Assembly: GCA_963665815.1 (NCBI GenBank)
Contig: OY762463.1
Coordinates: 3,488,001 to 3,552,000, forward strand
DNA length: 64,000 bases
Reading direction: 5' to 3'
From: Candidatus Cloacimonadales bacterium
GTDB taxonomy: Bacteria; Cloacimonadota; Cloacimonadia; Cloacimonadales; JAIOQZ01
Shown: positions 1 through 8,956 of the stretch, one piece after another
How positions within the stretch are numbered: the first letter of the stretch is position 1
How the letters are laid out: the number at the start of each line of letters is the position of its first letter
Translations under genes and position numbers: made by a program
The notes under the pieces: generated by a model
Seen by the model: only the letters and a program-made list of their open reading frames with translations
What the model was told of the DNA's origin: nothing
Databases searched by the model: none

Positions 1-371
1 GCATTTTCAATATCTTTGGCAAAATCAATCCATTCTGAATCTGAAATGCAGTTTACACTGGCAATTACAGGGATTGTAAGTTCAGCTTTTGCATCTTTGA
101 TAAGTTTAAGATAATTTTCAACTATATGTTTTTTCTCAAAGTATGCAAGATAATCATCCATTTCGGCATGTGAATGGAAATGGTTTTCACTCATATTTTT
201 GTCGATTTCCATTTTAATCTGTTCTTCAAAAAGCGATTTAAGAACCACTGCGCCAATACCATTTGCTTCGAGTTCTTTAAGTGATTCAGCAGAATTTGTA
301 AGTCCGCTGGAGCCTGCAATAATTGGATTACGTAATGTAAGCCCCATATAATTAGTTGATAAATTGATCAT
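1..371 (-). CDS. Dihydroorotate dehydrogenase-like flavoprotein (5' part; runs off the window)
   Basis: Manual translation from ATG 371: MINLSTNYMGLTLRNPIIAGSSGLT...GIGAVVLKSLFEEQI...IPVIASVNC, typical DHOD-like N-terminus; GAGG RBS. Absent from the ORF track because truncated. Confidence 0.85.
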   Translation of the reverse strand, partial: MINLSTNYMGLTLRNPIIAGSSGLTNSAESLKELEANGIGAVVLKSLFEEQIKMEIDKNMSENHFHSHAEMDDYLAYFEKKHIVENYLKLIKDAKAELTIPVIASVNCISDSEWIDFAKDIEN

Positions 372-780
372 GTCAACCTCTCTTTATTTAATTTTAATTG
401 TATTTTTTTTTATTTTAACTACTTGAGACAATGTTAACTCCAATTAAGAAATAGTCATAACTCAGTCAAGAAAAATCGGTTTTTTAAGTATTTGAGAGCT
501 TTGCTCAATAATAAATCCATTCAGTTCTGACTTTATGATCTCGGTGAAACTCCTGATTTCATAAAGAATGTCTTTCAAATCCTGAATTGTTAAACTGAAT
601 CGGGCTGAATTCAAGAATTTCATCAACTTTTACAATTTTGCAAAGATTTTTACAAGTAAAGACGGGATAATAAAATCAGGTGATTTTATATGTTTCATTG
701 GCATTACTATCTCGTTTCCTTTACAGAAATAATTTGATAATTATAAAGGTTTACGGATATGGGAGATAGTCTGACAGACG

Positions 781-804
781 TGGAATTATCATGTGATAAT
801 TCCA
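781..804. repeat. Perfect 11-bp inverted repeat downstream of flgM
   Basis: TGGAATTATCA-TG-TGATAATTCCA. Confidence 0.6.
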
Positions 805-855
805 GTATAAGTATTAAACAAAATGTAACTATTTAAGGGAGTGAGAGTAGTTTTT

Positions 856-1374
856 TCAGGAAAAAAGACCAAGTAATTTATCTGCAGTCTTTTCTATTAT
901 TTCTTTGTCATTATAAAATCCTGACTCAGCTCTGTCTTTGATTGCAGTTAGAAGGGCTGAATTGTCAGCTTCTTCAGCATCTGCTTCTTTAAGCTTATTA
1001 ACATATTCTTTTACTCGAATCTGTTTTTCAATGGATTCTCTTATTACTCGATCTGAAAAAATATTTTCTGATACTTTATCAGAAACCTGATCATTAAAAT
1101 AATAGTTTGAATCTACTTTATTTTTAACATCTTCAAGCTTTTCATTTCTTACTTCATCAAACTGTTCAAGTCTTTCGAGAGCAAACCTCAGAATCTGTTC
1201 TGTTTCCTGAAGTTTCTTTGCTTTAGATGAAAAATTAACTTCATCTGTAGACTCTGAACCTGATGATACTTTATCAGTATTCTTGTCTTCAGTCTTTTTG
1301 TCTTTTGTTTTCTGTACTTTACTCTGAGTAATGGAATTAGTTCCAATAGAATTTATGATCTTATCTATTGCCAT
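856..1374 (-). CDS. flgM: FlgM-like anti-sigma28 factor, extended
   Basis: DEVNFSSKAK and EVRNEKLEDVKNKVDSNYY match FlgM patterns; low-complexity N-terminus; follows fliD-fliS. Confidence 0.7.
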   Translation of the reverse strand: MAIDKIINSIGTNSITQSKVQKTKDKKTEDKNTDKVSSGSESTDEVNFSSKAKKLQETEQILRFALERLEQFDEVRNEKLEDVKNKVDSNYYFNDQVSDKVSENIFSDRVIRESIEKQIRVKEYVNKLKEADAEEADNSALLTAIKDRAESGFYNDKEIIEKTADKLLGLFS

Positions 1375-1425
1375 TTCTCACCTCCAAGTTTATATGACGA
1401 TATATCCATATAAACGTCAAGAAAA

Positions 1426-1860
1426 TTAACCGAATTTCCTTATTGAATGCTGTGCCATTTCTCTTTTACTGACATTACGAGCATCCTGGTAATCCGGATT
1501 TTCAACTATTTCTGCAAAAGCATCCTTGAGGTTCTGGAGAATACCAATTGCTTTGTTTATCATTTCTACATCATTCTTTGAGTTTGCTTGATTAAGGTAT
1601 CTTGAAAGGAATATGTAAATTGATCTCAAGTTTTTTGCAATATCATTACCTTTATCCATATCCAAAGAATAATTAAGCTCGTCAATTATGTTCTGTGCTT
1701 TGTTCAGGAACTTACCTTTTTTGTAGAAATCTTTCTTTTCAGCATAAATTTTTGCTTTATTCAAGAAAGTGATAGCTCCGGAAAAAAGCATTACAACAAT
1801 CTTTCCACGATTCATCGTATTGACGTTTACTTGCTTATAGGTGTTAAACCTATTGTCCAT
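1426..1860 (-). CDS. fliS: Flagellin export chaperone FliS
   Basis: YKQVNVNT...KAQNIIDELNYSLDMDKGNDIAKNLRSIY. Confidence 0.95.
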   Translation of the reverse strand: MDNRFNTYKQVNVNTMNRGKIVVMLFSGAITFLNKAKIYAEKKDFYKKGKFLNKAQNIIDELNYSLDMDKGNDIAKNLRSIYIFLSRYLNQANSKNDVEMINKAIGILQNLKDAFAEIVENPDYQDARNVSKREMAQHSIRKFG

Positions 1861-1876
1861 AGAACCTCCAAACCTT

Positions 1877-4204
1877 TTATGACAATTTAGCCAGCTCTGA
1901 CTGAAGCCTTTCCATCTGAGAGTTATAATTCTGTATGGTTACTTCAAGTCTGGCATATCTAGCTTTTTCTCTCTTTTCGACCATATCGACTCTTCTTAAT
2001 TCACGTTCTATCTTAACATCGATGTTGTCCATTATATTCTCGTAGTTTTTTGTCAAAACTTTAAGAGTTCCTGACTCTGAATTAGAAATTTTTTCTTTCA
2101 GCTCTTCAAATTCCTTTGCTTTACCCTGTCTGATTCTTACTGTTCCTTCCAGAGTTGTGCTTACTCCTCCGGTGATTTGCAGGGCCATACCTTTTGCACT
2201 GCCGGAAGTTGCAGTCGCAAATTTTCCTGAAGAATCAATTTTCATAGTCCAACCATCAGCTTCTGTATCACCATCTTCCCAGTAGGTCGCAGATGTGGCT
2301 TCTCCACTGGCATCAACATTGACCTTATAATGGTAATATCCAGGATTCGTTGAACTGGTTCCACCTGCATAAGCAACATTTGCACCGGATACAACACCTA
2401 CATTTTCGTCACTGAAAAGAGATACTACTGCTTCAGGACTGTTATTCAATGCATCCATTAAAGCTTCTTCATCAACTTCAAGCTGACTGTCGTCTCCGGT
2501 TGATATTCCTATCTGTGGAAGAAGAATAAATTCATCAAGACCATCCTGGAATCCTTCAGCTCTTGAAGCAATAAAAAGCTTCATGTCACTCTCAACGGAA
2601 TATACTCCATAGTTACCAACCAACTCGCCTGATTCGTCAGTTTCTGCTTCGCCATCATCGTTTGTTACAACTTCTGTCAGCTCTTTTATGTATGACATAG
2701 TATCGTTATAAGCATCAACAAAATCCATAATCTTTGATTTCATTGCTTCAACATCGTTTGATATTGTAATATCTGTTGTGCCTGCCGACTTAATCGTAAT
2801 TGATGCACCGTCAATTACTTCATCAATCAGGTTTGTAGAGTTCTGAAGCCATTCCTCATTGGATGGATATGAATCCAGTTTGATCATTGAATTTGTAGCT
2901 GATTGAGTTTCATCAAAACTTCCGTTTTTGAAGACTCCTGCACTGAAACTTGAGTAATCAATATCTTCAATCTTGTTTGCAGCTCCTGTATTTTCTCCGG
3001 TCAAAACCATGTGGTAGGAGTTTGCTGTACCTGTTCCATCATTAATAATTGTTGCTCGTACTCCGGGATTATCCGGATCATCATTTATCAGATCAACTAA
3101 ATCCTGCAGTGTTGAGCCTGCTTCGACACTGATTGCCGGGACGCTTACACCGCCATAAGAAAAGCTGAAAGTGGCATCTGTGGTTGTTATTGCAGTCGTA
3201 TCTGCATCAGAAAAGCCGCTGTGAACCTCTTTCTCGGCCTGTGCCAGTCCCGAATCCTGTGCATGTTGGATATCAGGGTTAAATGCGTCTATAGCATAAG
3301 TTGCTCTTTTAGTAAAGTTCTGACCATCTGCAAAAGTAACCTGAACTCCCTGAGCAACATCGAATGTACCTCCGGCATTGACAGTTATTGTGCCTGATTT
3401 GTTTTCAACGGAATCCGTCCATTTTAGTGCAACAGTATCAGATCCGACTGTACCACCGTTTGTTACTTCAAAAATGAATCTTTTATTAACATGTCCTGTG
3501 TAATTGCCGGCTCCGCTGTTAGATGTAAATGTGTCACCACCTTTTGCATCTATAGCTTCCACATCATCAATACCTTCATCGAACAAACTTGTATTAGTCT
3601 GGGTGATATTGATAGTATATTCTGTTCCTGCATTTTCAGAAACAATTTTGAGTCTGGCAGAGTTGCTTGTGGAGTTGTCGGAAATTACTTCCGCACTTGC
3701 TTCGCTCATACCGGCATTAATTTCTCCGGCAATATCATCAAGAGTCTTTCCTCCGGTACCGTCAATAGTAAGGGTTTCGTGTACTGTGCCTGATTCAGGA
3801 TCTGCAATGCTTATTGTAAAGAATTCAGTTACATCGTTCAATGCAATATCAGAACCGCTGTCTAAACCTCTGCTTTCAACGATGTGTTGAGTATTTTCAG
3901 CTACAGTGAACCGGTATGAACCGGGAGTTGCAGTACTGTCCACTGCTATATCGGCAATGGTTGAATTTCCGATAGAGGATTGTCTGGTAATAAATCCGGT
4001 TTCAGACGATAAAATGTCCATTGCATTATATGCTGAAAGAAACTTTGTATTAAGTTCATTCAGTTTGTCAGTCTTAGACTGCCATTCTGCTTTCCATGTT
4101 TCAAGTTTTTTTGCCTGATACATCTCGGCTTCAACTAACTGATCTACCAGTGAGTTAAAGTCTATACCAGTAGCCAAACCAGAAAAATTTATTTCTCCGG
4201 ACAT
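1877..4204 (-). CDS. fliD: Flagellar filament cap protein FliD (775 aa)
   Basis: N-terminal FSGLATGIDFNSLVDQLVEAE; C-terminal coiled coil RYARLEVTIQNYNSQ; upstream of fliS. Confidence 0.95.
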   Translation of the reverse strand: MSGEINFSGLATGIDFNSLVDQLVEAEMYQAKKLETWKAEWQSKTDKLNELNTKFLSAYNAMDILSSETGFITRQSSIGNSTIADIAVDSTATPGSYRFTVAENTQHIVESRGLDSGSDIALNDVTEFFTISIADPESGTVHETLTIDGTGGKTLDDIAGEINAGMSEASAEVISDNSTSNSARLKIVSENAGTEYTINITQTNTSLFDEGIDDVEAIDAKGGDTFTSNSGAGNYTGHVNKRFIFEVTNGGTVGSDTVALKWTDSVENKSGTITVNAGGTFDVAQGVQVTFADGQNFTKRATYAIDAFNPDIQHAQDSGLAQAEKEVHSGFSDADTTAITTTDATFSFSYGGVSVPAISVEAGSTLQDLVDLINDDPDNPGVRATIINDGTGTANSYHMVLTGENTGAANKIEDIDYSSFSAGVFKNGSFDETQSATNSMIKLDSYPSNEEWLQNSTNLIDEVIDGASITIKSAGTTDITISNDVEAMKSKIMDFVDAYNDTMSYIKELTEVVTNDDGEAETDESGELVGNYGVYSVESDMKLFIASRAEGFQDGLDEFILLPQIGISTGDDSQLEVDEEALMDALNNSPEAVVSLFSDENVGVVSGANVAYAGGTSSTNPGYYHYKVNVDASGEATSATYWEDGDTEADGWTMKIDSSGKFATATSGSAKGMALQITGGVSTTLEGTVRIRQGKAKEFEELKEKISNSESGTLKVLTKNYENIMDNIDVKIERELRRVDMVEKREKARYARLEVTIQNYNSQMERLQSELAKLS

Positions 4205-4222
4205 GTATAACTCCTCATTTCA

Positions 4223-4249
4223 ATATCGTTAATTTTGTTGAAATCTTTA
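4223..4249 (-). promoter_or_regulatory. Sigma28 (FliA)-type promoter for fliD
   Basis: Minus strand TAAA-N15-AACGATAT versus consensus TAAA-N15-GCCGATAA. Confidence 0.65.
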
Positions 4250-4293
4250 ATGTTTTCTCAACTTTTTTACAGAATATTATTCATTAAATTACA

Positions 4294-4309
4294 TGCAATT
4301 GCAGTGCCA
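4294..4309 (-). promoter_or_regulatory. Sigma54 -24/-12 promoter for fliD-fliS-flgM
   Basis: Minus strand TGGCAC-TGCAA-TTGCA, consensus with correct spacing. Confidence 0.85.
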
Positions 4310-4406
4310 CAGATTTTTCCGTAAATATGGGCTTTTCAACAACAAAAATTGTCATTAATGGAAAATACTTCCTTTATGGTGTGATTTTTTTCTGAATCGA
4401 AATGAT

Positions 4407-4434
4407 TTGACTGTTTTTACTTATTGAATACAAT
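4407..4434 (+). promoter_or_regulatory. Sigma70-type promoter for the AMMECR1 gene
   Basis: TTGACT-N16-TACAAT. Confidence 0.6.
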
Positions 4435-4462
4435 TTAATCACTAAAGTACAATGAGGTTATA

Positions 4463-5017
4463 ATGATGAACTCTGATATAAAAAAAGATTTACTGAAACT
4501 TGCTCGATCAACAATTGAAAACTATCTGAGGACAGGTTCTAAATCTAATGCTGATTTTTCCGGAGATATTTTTAATGAACAACGTGCTGTTTTTGTGACT
4601 CTGACAAAGAATGATCAATTAAGAGGGTGTATTGGGCAGTTGGAAGCACGAACAACACTTAAGAGTGCAGTTATTGATATGGCAGTATCCGCAGCTTTTC
4701 ATGATACTAGATTTTCTCCGGTAACAATATCTGAACTTGCTGATATATCAATTGAAATTTCTGTTCTTACTCCAATGAAGAAGATCAAAGATTATAAAGA
4801 TGTCAGGTTGGGGATTGATGGTGTCGTAGTGCAGAACGGATATAGGGGAGGTGTATTTCTTCCTCAGGTTGCTACTGAGACTAACTGGGATCTTGATACT
4901 TTTTTGAAAGTGCTCTGTCAGCAGAAAGCAGGTTTGCATGCCGATGCTTATAAGGAAGATTCTACAGATATATTCGTTTTTCAAGTGGAGAAGTTTTCTG
5001 AGAAAGATTTTGCTTGA
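4463..5017 (+). CDS. AMMECR1-domain protein (AmmeMemoRadiSam protein A)
   Basis: VFVTL...LRGCIG, AAFHDTRF, IEISVLT, GVFLPQVATE. Confidence 0.92.
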   Translation: MMNSDIKKDLLKLARSTIENYLRTGSKSNADFSGDIFNEQRAVFVTLTKNDQLRGCIGQLEARTTLKSAVIDMAVSAAFHDTRFSPVTISELADISIEISVLTPMKKIKDYKDVRLGIDGVVVQNGYRGGVFLPQVATETNWDLDTFLKVLCQQKAGLHADAYKEDSTDIFVFQVEKFSEKDFA

Positions 5018-5232
5018 TTAGACTGATGGAGAATAACTAAGTTTCTATTTAACATTAATTTCTGGAAATTAGTTATCTGTTGATTGGTTATTGAGTACAT
5101 TTTAATTGCAAAAAAAATGATAAAATTGTTTGACATAAAAACGTAGTATCTTTTTTTTACACAACTGTAAGCGCAATCAAGTTATTTTATTACGCGGACC
5201 ATAGAGTGAAATTGTGATATTGTTTATAAATC

Positions 5233-5318
5233 GGAGGATTAGTTCTAATTGGTAAGACAGCGGTCTTGAAAACCGCCGGGCTTTGCCCTTGGGGGTTCGA
5301 GTCCCTCATCCTCCGCCA
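5233..5318 (+). tRNA. tRNA-Ser(TGA)
   Basis: GGAGGAT/ATCCTCC acceptor stem, anticodon arm GCGGT-CTTGAAA-ACCGC, long variable arm, GTTCGA, GCCA end. Confidence 0.95.
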
Positions 5319-5326
5319 TTTTATAG

Positions 5327-5418
5327 GGAGAGGTGGCCGAGTCGGCTTAAGGCGTACGCCTGCTAAGCGTATGAGGGTCAAAAGCTCTCCGTGGGTTCGA
5401 ATCCCACCCTCTCCGCCA
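5327..5418 (+). tRNA. tRNA-Ser(GCT)
   Basis: GGAGAGG/CCTCTCC acceptor stem, TACGC-CTGCTAA-GCGTA, long variable arm, GCCA end. Confidence 0.95.
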
Positions 5419-5454
5419 TAAAATTTTGTAAATAATAAATTATATATTATATAT

Positions 5455-5529
5455 TAGCCCGTAGCCAAGCGGTAAGGCAGCAGGTTTTGGTCCTGCCATT
5501 CAGGGGTTCGAATCCTCTCGGGCTAACCA
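5455..5529 (+). tRNA. tRNA-Gln(TTG)
   Basis: TAGCCCG/CGGGCTA acceptor stem (U1-A72), GCAGG-TTTTGGT-CCTGC, CCA end. Confidence 0.95.
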
Positions 5530-5536
5530 TACTTTT

Positions 5537-5562
5537 AACCAGCAGAAATGCTGGTTTTTTTT
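5537..5562 (+). terminator. Intrinsic terminator of the tRNA operon
   Basis: AACCAGCA-GAAA-TGCTGGTT followed by a T run. Confidence 0.9.
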
Positions 5563-5682
5563 ATGCTGTATAATGAGAATATTTCAATAAAAAGGTTTAA
5601 ATTACATAGAGTAAAATACTTGGCTTGAATATTATTTTGAAAAATGAATTAGCGCTTAAAACAAATTCAAAATGGAGTAAAA

Positions 5683-8139
5683 ATGACATTGAGGTTTACA
5701 TTTGTTGTGTTGTTAGCTATTCTCTGGAGTGGGGTTTCAGCGAGGAGTACGGGAACATTAACAGGTAAGGTCAAGGATGCTAAAAGTAACAAACCATTAC
5801 CCGGAGTAATTGTTTTTCTTGATGATGAGAAAGTTGCAGTTACGGAAAAAGAAGGCACATACATTATAAGGGATATTCCAATAGGTTCCCACAAGATTAC
5901 TTTTAAAAGAATGGGTTATAAAACAAGGGTAAAACCAAATATAGTTGTTAAGTCTGATTATACATTTGTGATAAACATTGAGATGGAAATTCAACCTATA
6001 GCTTTTCAGACGATTAATGTCAGTTCCAAGGAAGAATATTTTCGCGAAGTAAAATCTGCACCTGTGAGTTCCAAGACAATTGAGATAGAAGAAATAAGAT
6101 CACAACCATCAGGATCTTATGATGCACAGAGAGTTGTTCAGGCTTTGCCATCTGTACTGACTGTTACAGATCAGAGCAATGAGATCATAACAAGAGGTGG
6201 GGCAGCCGGAGAAAATCTTTTTGTTCTGGATAATCTTGAGATTATGAATCCTAACCATTTTGGTGAGACAAACAAAGGTGGTGGTCCAATCAGCATGATC
6301 GTCCCGGAATATATTAAAGAAATTGATTTTTATGCAGGAGCCTTTCCAGCCAAATATGGAGACAAGGCTTCCTCTGTAATGTCTGTAAAGACAAGAAACG
6401 GAAACAGGCATGAATATCAGACAAAACTGGATATGGGAAATGCAGGATATGGGGTTATGTCTGAAGGGCCTGTTCCCGGAGATAAAGGTTCATTTTTCCT
6501 TTCGTATCACAGGAGTTTTCTCAGTCTGATTAGTAAGAGCGTAGGATTGACATCTGTCCCTGAATATCAGTCATTTTTTGGTAAACAGATTATTAATATT
6601 GCACCTCGATACACTCTTACACTGCATCAATTGTGGGCAGATGATGAACAGGATGATGTAGAAGACAGAGATGAACTGGAAGAAGGAGACCAACCTGATG
6701 ATGAGGACTATGTAAGATGCGGCAGATATATATTTGGTGCTACACTCAAGAAGTCCTCAGACTGGGGATTGCAGAATTTTATTATCTCTTACAGTGATCA
6801 GCACTGGAAGGAAACTACAATAGATGTGGACTGGAAAGATGAAATAAACAGCAGAGATAACGAGAACTTTGTTTTTGAAAAAGAATCTGCAATGCATAAC
6901 AAAGAGAAGTTTTATAAAGCCAGGTATTCACTATATGTCCCTGACACAAAGATTGGAGATTGGGAAATTGGCTCTACTTTGAGTTTTGAAGATGTAAGTT
7001 CTGAGAAGTTTATGCGTCCGGAAACAAGTTATGTATATCATATGGAGGATGATCAAGTTGTTATTGATGATACATTGTATAACAATTATGGTGATGATAA
7101 TATCATGAAAGCAGAAGTGACCTCAAAGAAGCTTTCAGGTTATCTGCAATGGGAGAAAGCTGTTAAGTCTTTTGAACTGAATTGTGGATTGAGGGCAGAT
7201 TATTTTGAATACACCGGAGAAACTGTGTTTGCTCCAAGAATTGGTATAAAATGGCTCTACAGTGATATGACACAATTTTCCTTGGGCTATGGGAGACATT
7301 ATCAATTTCCCGGATACTACTATTTCACTGCTACATCATCAGAAGAAGATCCCATTGGTTATGAAACCAATAAAGATTTGAAAGCCAAATATACTGATCA
7401 GATAATAGCCGGAGTAAGCAGAACATTGATGGAAGATCTTAAACTATCATGTGAAGCATACTATAAGAAGTACGATAATGTTCCAATCAGGCACTCAGAT
7501 ACTACTACCGAACTCAAGGATCATGATTATTTCTTTCTGAATGAGGGTGAAGGATATGCCAGAGGTGTAGAGCTGTTTGTTCATAAGAAAGTTAAGAAAA
7601 ATTATTGGGGAACACTGAGCTATTCCTTATCAGAAGCAAAAGCCGTGGATCAGAGATATCCTGATGAAGATATTGAATATGATTGGGATTTTGATATAAG
7701 ACATTCTCTAACGTGTATACTTGGATATAAAATTGTCTCTATGGAGCATGAATGGTTCAATAATAATAGAAAATGGATGAAATATCTTTGGTGGACAGGT
7801 ATTATTCCCGGAGATGAAACAGAAATCTCGGCAAAGTTCAAATATTCCAGTGGAAGACCTTACACTAAGAAAGTATATGATAGTGTAAACAAGGAATGGG
7901 ATGTACCGGAAAACTTTGATTTTAATACAGAGAGATATCCCGACTATCAAAGACTGGATATTCACATTAAGAATATGTGGTTTTCAGGCAGATTCAATTT
8001 CAGTACATACTTTGAAATGGATAATGTCTTTGATCGCAAAAACATTTATCTATATAAGTATAAAGGTGAAACAGGTATCATCAAGAAGAAATACATGTTT
8101 TCAAGGACTATATTTGGAGGATTCATTATTGAATTTTAA
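5683..8139 (+). CDS. TonB-dependent receptor with N-terminal carboxypeptidase-regulatory-like domain
   Basis: Signal peptide; GTLTGKVKDAKSNKPLPG; plug motifs RGGAAGEN and GAFPAKYGDKASSV; NVFDRKN; C-terminal Phe. Confidence 0.9.
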   Translation: MTLRFTFVVLLAILWSGVSARSTGTLTGKVKDAKSNKPLPGVIVFLDDEKVAVTEKEGTYIIRDIPIGSHKITFKRMGYKTRVKPNIVVKSDYTFVINIEMEIQPIAFQTINVSSKEEYFREVKSAPVSSKTIEIEEIRSQPSGSYDAQRVVQALPSVLTVTDQSNEIITRGGAAGENLFVLDNLEIMNPNHFGETNKGGGPISMIVPEYIKEIDFYAGAFPAKYGDKASSVMSVKTRNGNRHEYQTKLDMGNAGYGVMSEGPVPGDKGSFFLSYHRSFLSLISKSVGLTSVPEYQSFFGKQIINIAPRYTLTLHQLWADDEQDDVEDRDELEEGDQPDDEDYVRCGRYIFGATLKKSSDWGLQNFIISYSDQHWKETTIDVDWKDEINSRDNENFVFEKESAMHNKEKFYKARYSLYVPDTKIGDWEIGSTLSFEDVSSEKFMRPETSYVYHMEDDQVVIDDTLYNNYGDDNIMKAEVTSKKLSGYLQWEKAVKSFELNCGLRADYFEYTGETVFAPRIGIKWLYSDMTQFSLGYGRHYQFPGYYYFTATSSEEDPIGYETNKDLKAKYTDQIIAGVSRTLMEDLKLSCEAYYKKYDNVPIRHSDTTTELKDHDYFFLNEGEGYARGVELFVHKKVKKNYWGTLSYSLSEAKAVDQRYPDEDIEYDWDFDIRHSLTCILGYKIVSMEHEWFNNNRKWMKYLWWTGIIPGDETEISAKFKYSSGRPYTKKVYDSVNKEWDVPENFDFNTERYPDYQRLDIHIKNMWFSGRFNFSTYFEMDNVFDRKNIYLYKYKGETGIIKKKYMFSRTIFGGFIIEF

Positions 8140-8187
8140 GCAGAGTACTTTTATAAGTGATACTGCTAATATGCATAGAATAACTGA

Positions 8188-8577
8188 TTATTTCAGTTTC
8201 TCATTAAAATACACAAAATTTTGAATGATTTCTTTAATCATGATAGTATTACAATTTGATATGCAGTGGGAGAGAGTGTGGTGTTCATCGCAATAACCCG
8301 GACATTCAGTTGTTTCTTTATTCGTTTGATTATTTAAATATTCTCTGTAAATGTCCAGAAATTTTTCTACAGGTAAATTTATAAAGCCTTTGCAGTTATG
8401 AGCAAAGAGGAATGTTCCTTTACAATAGTCTGTAAAATTTGCAATATAGCCTGCAATAGTAATGTCAGTATCTTTTAAAAAATCTTTTTTGGATTTCCAG
8501 ATCTTTGAGCATTCGGAGCATTCTGCGAAAGCTGCATTGGCAGCATAATTTTTCTGAATGTTAAACTCTTCAAGCAT
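8188..8577 (-). CDS. Cys-rich hypothetical protein, paralogue of 8582-8944
   Basis: CSECSKIW...GY...FLFAHNCKG...ECPGYC...CISNC. Confidence 0.75.
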   Translation of the reverse strand: MLEEFNIQKNYAANAAFAECSECSKIWKSKKDFLKDTDITIAGYIANFTDYCKGTFLFAHNCKGFINLPVEKFLDIYREYLNNQTNKETTECPGYCDEHHTLSHCISNCNTIMIKEIIQNFVYFNEKLK

Positions 8578-8581
8578 AAAC

Positions 8582-8944
8582 TCAACTCATTTCTTCTGGT
8601 TGCCAGTTTTTTATTACCTGAATAATTTCTCTTACCCATGAGCATTCACAGTCGTTTGGGCATCTGGACAGATCAGATTCATTCGAACATAACTGCTTGC
8701 ACTCACTTGTTCCAAAGAAGTTCCTTTTGTATTCTTTTTCAGGATATAAGTCCTGAAAAATTTCAGCTTTCATACCAAATGTACCTTTGCAGCTATGGTT
8801 AAAAAGCAGTATTCCTTTCTTCAAAGTTTTGAAATGCATTTGATAACCAACAATTAATACTTCCGGATCATTCAGTAAATCAGCTCTGCGTTCCCATATT
8901 TTACCACATAAAGGGCATGCTTTAAAATGTTTCTGTTTGTCCAT
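8582..8944 (-). CDS. Cys-rich hypothetical protein
   Basis: CPLCGKIW...GYQ...LLFNHSCKG...ECKQLC...CPNDCEC; GGAG RBS. Confidence 0.8.
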   Translation of the reverse strand: MDKQKHFKACPLCGKIWERRADLLNDPEVLIVGYQMHFKTLKKGILLFNHSCKGTFGMKAEIFQDLYPEKEYKRNFFGTSECKQLCSNESDLSRCPNDCECSWVREIIQVIKNWQPEEMS

Positions 8945-8956
8945 ATACTCTCCTGT

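Noticed and set aside
461..622. Possible ~53-aa minus-strand ORF (MKFLNSARF...KPIFLD)
   Set aside because: No RBS or recognisable motif; overlaps the likely promoter of the DHOD-like gene.
1388..1415. GTTTATATG/CATATAAAC stem between fliS and flgM
   Set aside because: AT-rich 9-bp stem with no U-tract; cannot be told from chance or a simple stability element.
3491..4118. Plus-strand ORFs inside fliD, and similar antisense ORFs inside secA, add, nusA, infB and the FN3 gene
   Set aside because: Shadow frames of strongly supported genes, with no motifs.
5233..5318. Possible selenocysteine or suppressor tRNA because of 'TGA'
   Set aside because: TGA is the anticodon (reads UCA, Ser); tRNA-Sec would have anticodon TCA and a longer acceptor stem.
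5190..5381. 63-aa minus-strand ORF
   Set aside because: Antisense to two tRNA-Ser genes.
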